This document shows, one piece after another, positions 59,549 to 64,000 of a stretch of 64,000 nt of DNA. Position 1 is the first letter of the stretch, and every line of letters starts with the position of its first letter. The position numbers were made by a program, and so were the translations under genes. The stretch covers positions 20,860,260-20,924,259 of the forward strand of contig OZ316897.1 in the NCBI GenBank assembly GCA_973895155.1, given 5' to 3'. This DNA is from Marsupella aquatica. Taxonomy: Eukaryota > Plantae > Marchantiophyta. A model generated the notes under the pieces. The model had not been told where the DNA came from. It did not search any database and saw only the letters and a program-made list of their open reading frames with translations.

Positions 59549-59982
59549 GGCGTTCGCAAGTGGAGTGCCCTAGCCCGTTGGGATCGGGCCGACCCAATGC
59601 TCATGCCTAGGACCTCAGATCTCACCGCCACTTGGGGCCCCCAATCAGCCAAACCCGGATCGGGCCATAACTCACGCCCCAAGCATCCGTTGCCCATGGC
59701 GTCAACTCCATGCATTGGCCTTGGGCCCAAGAGGAGCTCTCACTCAAGCCCTCAGAACTCAAAGTTTGTCCGGGGGTTCGGACGGTTGACCTTGAGCTCG
59801 GCCCCTTTCCCCTTGACCTGACCAGCCCACAGCTAGTCTAAGTCCTTAGTGTGTGTCACTAGCTTAGCGCCTTGCCTCCGCCAATGCCACGCCCCATTGC
59901 CCACGAGTCTCCTCATGCTAAGTCCTCCCCGAATGGTCTATCCGGGCCTAGATCATAAGGGAGCTCGGCGTCGGAGTCTTAG

Positions 59983-60080
59983 AAAGACCCTAATGTTCTT
60001 ATAAGTCTCAAAATTGAATTTAAAAGACCCTAATGTTCTTATAAGTCTCAAAATTGAATTTAAAAGACCCTATTGTTCTT
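59983..60080 (+). repeat. 40-bp tandem duplication (~2.4 copies) within probable LTR remnant 59549-60140
   Basis: AAAGACCCTAATGTTCTTATAAGTCTCAAAATTGAATTTA twice, plus a partial copy. Confidence 0.9.
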
Positions 60081-60179
60081 CTACAAAAATTCTTAAGTCT
60101 TCCCTTAGAACCAATAAACTGATCCTATCCTTTGTCGCACGTGATATGTCATTTTTGTGGAAGTGAAACCCCCGAAGAG

Positions 60180-60650
60180 CTAAGTGTCAAGGTAGTCAAG
60201 TTTTGTGACTTCTTCCCTGCAATTTCCACACAAGAAAATGTACTCTCCTTGTATCCTCCGATGGGGGCACTCAGATGAAATATGACCAGCCTCTCCACAC
60301 TCCCAACAAGTACCAAGAATTCTAGGTACTAGATAGCCAGTCCTAGCTCTCATCTCAGCACGCATAGTTCCTTGTTGAATGGCATAAAGAGACTCCATCC
60401 CCCTAAGTTCAACCTCAATCTTGTGGACTCATCGCAGCCTCTTGAATCATCCTCCATTGATCAGCTTGGCAATCTTGAGAGAAGTGACCTTCTTTCTTGC
60501 AACAGGTACACCATACATTGGTGTTGGCCATAGGTACAAGTTTCCTATTCTTCTTGATGTCGGCCATCTGCACCTTCACCTCTTCAATGGCTGCTCTCAA
60601 GGTCATCATCTCATCCTTCAAGAGCCACTCAGATACCCTTCTTTGCACAG
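60180..60650 (-). pseudogene. Degenerate gypsy gag fragment with zinc knuckles
   Basis: TNVWCTCCKKEGHFSQDC, CWECGEAGHISSEC, LCGNC; same layout as gypsy A gag. Confidence 0.85.
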
Positions 60651-60655
60651 TGCAC

Positions 60656-62079
60656 GTGGTTCACAAAGGCACTAAATGCTCCAGATCTGGAGTGGGCTAG
60701 AATGCTTGCAACTAATTTCTCTTTAATGAATTGGATATATGAATTACAAAGTACTGCGCAGAAACCAATACTCATTCAAGGACAAGTTGCTGCTATGTTC
60801 TCCGCACACTGGGGGTGGGCTTTCTTACACTGCCGGTCTCTGGAAGGCTTGGGAGCTGGTGAGGGCACACCTTTCCTTTGAATTGGGCAAGGGGGGATTC
60901 CAGGACAGGGGAGCATTCAGGACACCCTTTGTTGTATTGCAGAATTCAACTCGCTGCCACATACGGAGATCTTAGGAATCACAACAATCTGTGGTACACT
61001 AGGCATCAGGAGTATTTGGAAGGAGACTGTTGGAAAGACCTCCCATTGCGCTGACATAACATTTGGGGGTTCCTTGAGAGCAACAAGGATTGACGAAGGC
61101 TTTTCTGGAGAAAATCTGGGTCATTGGCCCTTGCTCACTTGACTTAGATCCAGATGCTAAGCGGAGATGGGCTGATAAGGCTGGTCCCCTGAAGAATTTT
61201 GGTATTGCTAATTGTCATGTGTATGAATGCATGAGACCAAAAGTGTCTGTCTTTGAGAGACTGAACTTCAGCTGGTCTCTGGCCTAGGTCTATGCTGGAA
61301 TGGAGTGAGAGATGTCATAAACTGCGGGGGTTGGATTTCTTGGGTAGAGCCAAGACATTCACATGGAGGGTGATTGTCAACGGCCTGTTTACTAGGAGCG
61401 GGCTCTCAGGATTAAAGCAAGCAATGGTGAATGCAAGTGCTGCAGCAGGCAGCTAGAGTTTTTGTTGCACTTGTTCATTAGATGTGGGTTTGCTGTTGGA
61501 TGCTGGTAGCTTTATCGGGCGGTGCTTGGGGACCTTTGTTTGCCCTGGCTTGGGTGAGGATCTGATGACTATGGTGGATGACTCGTTGGGGAAGGATGTT
61601 GTAAAGATTTTTATGTTGCACCAGATGTTGTGGATGATATGGAGGGCACGTAATGTGCACATGTTTCAACCGGGAGGCACATTTGACTTTAGGTTGGTAC
61701 TCTTAGAGACAACCAATTATTTGTATGCAGTGAGCCAATGCTTAAAACAGGGTAAGAACCATTCTAGGGTTACACATGCCAAAGAGTGGATAGATGTGCA
61801 TTGTAGGCAATGGTTCGGTTCTGGTCAAAGGTGTTTCATCACTTGGGCTGATTGAGGTCACATTTGGGCACCCTCTGCTTGGGTGATCCTTCTTGAGTTC
61901 TGGCCATGATGAGGTCAGGGTCTTGGTTCTTTAATTTTGGTCTTGTGGTTCTTCTGAGCCCTTATGGCTTCTTTTGTTGCTCTCTATGATTTGCACCGGA
62001 TGTTATTCAACTGATTGCCCCCCCCCTATCCGTGGGGTTTTCACGCTATCAAAATTTATAAAAAATCCATCCAAGGAAA
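60656..62079 (+). mobile_element. Degenerate 5'-truncated LINE (ORF2 C-terminal third and 3' UTR)
   Basis: WFTKAL..NYKVLRRNQYSFKDKLLLC..GLWKAW; LWMIWRARN..FD. Ends with the 3' motif and CCAAGGAAA. Confidence 0.88.
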
Positions 62080-62485
62080 GTTGCAAATATTTGATGGTGG
62101 ATGTGAGCCTGACAGTTTCAGAAATAGAATGGCTTAGTGCTCAAGCAATTAACATGACAGTGGTAATGAAGAAGCATATATCCAACCGTGCATCCTAGAC
62201 TTGTTACCTTGAAACTAGCTCTTATGTTCAAGGCAAAATCTTTAGGACACCTATAATAATATTAGCTACTTTCACGGACTTGATTTTTGCAAAGATGGTC
62301 CTTTGGTGTTGGGGTTTTTTGCTTTCCCTTGGAAAATTGGCCTATCATGCATGTTAAAAGTGTCCTTTCCACAAATTGGAGACTTTGTGCACTCAACATC
62401 AATTTAACATTCAAAGGTTTCCAACTGCAATTCTTGAGAATACTATGGATCATCTCAATGCATTCAAATTGAACTTCATTCCTAT

Positions 62486-64000
62486 CTAGTAAACTGTTGT
62501 TAAATTAGCGTTGGTCACTATGCTAGGAAGTCCCGCCTCTAATCTACTTGGCTCATCTGAAGTTGCTTGCTGTGATTCTCCCAAGATTGAGTCATTCCCA
62601 TCACTCGAGTTTGTCCCTTGACTCTTGAAACTACTATCCAAGCCCTGTACAAGTTTAATTACAGAACTTTGTTCGTCTGTCAGCTCCACACTAACACGTC
62701 CTTCCAAAACTTTCTTAACTGTCCCAATCTCTGAAAAAGGATGTGAAGGACATTTCTCAACCTCTCCATCAGATGGAAAATCCACTTCTTTTTTTGTCTC
62801 AACGTCTGGGGGCATTGAGCCTTCTCCCTTAATCCCCTTGGCATTTCCATCTTCCTTTGATCCATCAAAGTTTAGGAATTTCACACCATGTTCTTTTATG
62901 AGAAACCGTCTATACAGACATGATGCACACATGCAGATGTCTATATTTTCTGAAAGCCCTAGACCTTTAAATAATGGTTCCGTCTCAACCTTCTCACAAG
63001 CCCTGTCATTAGAAGAAACATGCACCGGCCTTGTCTCCCCTAACATCACTCTATTACTCACCCTCAATTCTTGGTCTTGAAGCCCATGCCCCTTGAAGAA
63101 AGGCTCTCCTGTCTGGTCTCCCTCCTCCTTTGCGAGACCTCCCTTTTCTACTCCTTGTGCTTCAGGACTACCAAACGCTCCAACAACACGTTGCTCCCCA
63201 CCTAGCTCCTCTCCTCCGCCCCCAATTTCCATGCTTGCAAGGTCCTCTGCTGCTGGTGCCAATGCCTCCAAGGGCAGCTCAAATTCCCTCGGTGCGGTGG
63301 CAGGTGCTGCTTCCACTGCGGGCTCCTTGGGTGGAACCTCATCCTCCACCACGGGCTCCTTGGGAGCAGCCTCATCCTCCATCAGGGGTGCCACAGGCTC
63401 CTCAAGGATATCCTTTTGTTCCTGCTCAATCTCTGGTTCCCCTTCAAGTGGATCCACTGGGGCAGCCAACTTCTCCACGGCTGCTGGTTCCACCGCTGGT
63501 TCCTCCTTTGTAGGTTCTAGTTCTGGTGCTGCTCCTACAGACGTAGGTGTCACCTCTTCCTCTGTGGAGGGCACGGCAGGGCTGGGCTCCTCCTCCGCTG
63601 CAAGTTCCTCTGCTGCAGGTGGCAATGCCTCCAATGGGAGGTCAAATTCCCTGGTTGAGATAGCAGGTGCTGCTTCCACCGTGGGCTCCTTGGGAGCAAC
63701 CTCATCCTCCATCGGGGGTGCCACTGGCTCCTCAGGGACAGCCTTGAGCTCCTGCTCAACCTCTAGAGGTACCTCAAGTAGCTCCTCTGGGGCAGCCAAC
63801 TCCTCCACGGCTGCTGGTTCCTCCTTTGTGGGTTCAAGTTCAGGTGCTGCTCCTTCAGACGTAGGTCCCACCCCTTCCTCTGTAGAGGGCACGGCTGGGC
63901 TGGGCTCCTCCTCCGCTGCAAGGTCCTCTACTGCTGGTGGTGATGCCTCCAAGGGGAGCTCAAATTCCCTGGGTGCCGTGGCAGGTGCTGCTTCCACGGC
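62486..64000 (-). CDS. Part of a Glu/Pro/Ala-rich tandem-repeat protein (probable host gene or pseudogene; continues beyond the window)
   Basis: At least 503 open codons. 106-121-aa repeats starting EAAPATAPREFELPLEA. No TE motifs recognised. The frame may have continued past the TAG at 62486. Confidence 0.65.
   Translation of the reverse strand, partial: AVEAAPATAPREFELPLEASPPAVEDLAAEEEPSPAVPSTEEGVGPTSEGAAPELEPTKEEPAAVEELAAPEELLEVPLEVEQELKAVPEEPVAPPMEDEVAPKEPTVEAAPAISTREFDLPLEALPPAAEELAAEEEPSPAVPSTEEEVTPTSVGAAPELEPTKEEPAVEPAAVEKLAAPVDPLEGEPEIEQEQKDILEEPVAPLMEDEAAPKEPVVEDEVPPKEPAVEAAPATAPREFELPLEALAPAAEDLASMEIGGGGEELGGEQRVVGAFGSPEAQGVEKGGLAKEEGDQTGEPFFKGHGLQDQELRVSNRVMLGETRPVHVSSNDRACEKVETEPLFKGLGLSENIDICMCASCLYRRFLIKEHGVKFLNFDGSKEDGNAKGIKGEGSMPPDVETKKEVDFPSDGEVEKCPSHPFSEIGTVKKVLEGRVSVELTDEQSSVIKLVQGLDSSFKSQGTNSSDGNDSILGESQQATSDEPSRLEAGLPSIVTNANLTTVY

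Overview
Eukaryotic plant DNA. The TE families and the LTR extra-ORF domain suggest a bryophyte or liverwort, which is inference. Almost all of the window is a deep nest of transposable elements that can be resolved by target-site duplications (TSDs). It holds L1-clade LINEs (one near full length, one split, three fragments) and three Ty3/gypsy elements, one of them complete (26313-40141, TSD AGCGC). There are two solo LTRs, one of 4.67 kb that carries an intact 1210-aa ORF, and a complete 10.9-kb CACTA transposon (13792-24652, TSD AAT). Part of a Glu/Pro/Ala-repeat ORF sits at the right edge. Highlights: (1) the CACTA element has an intact SET-domain exon inside the predicted first coding intron of its transposase gene. 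One donor splices in frame to either SET or transposase, so it is a candidate transposon-encoded chromatin-modifying system. (2) Giant protein-coding LTRs carry an ORF homologous to the 3' extra ORF of dual-PPT gypsy elements. (3) All five LINE 3' ends share a covarying pseudoknot-like motif and end in ..AGGAAA rather than poly(A). (4) A second protease-like ORF lies upstream of gag. Coordinates and alignments were read by eye; no database searches were run.
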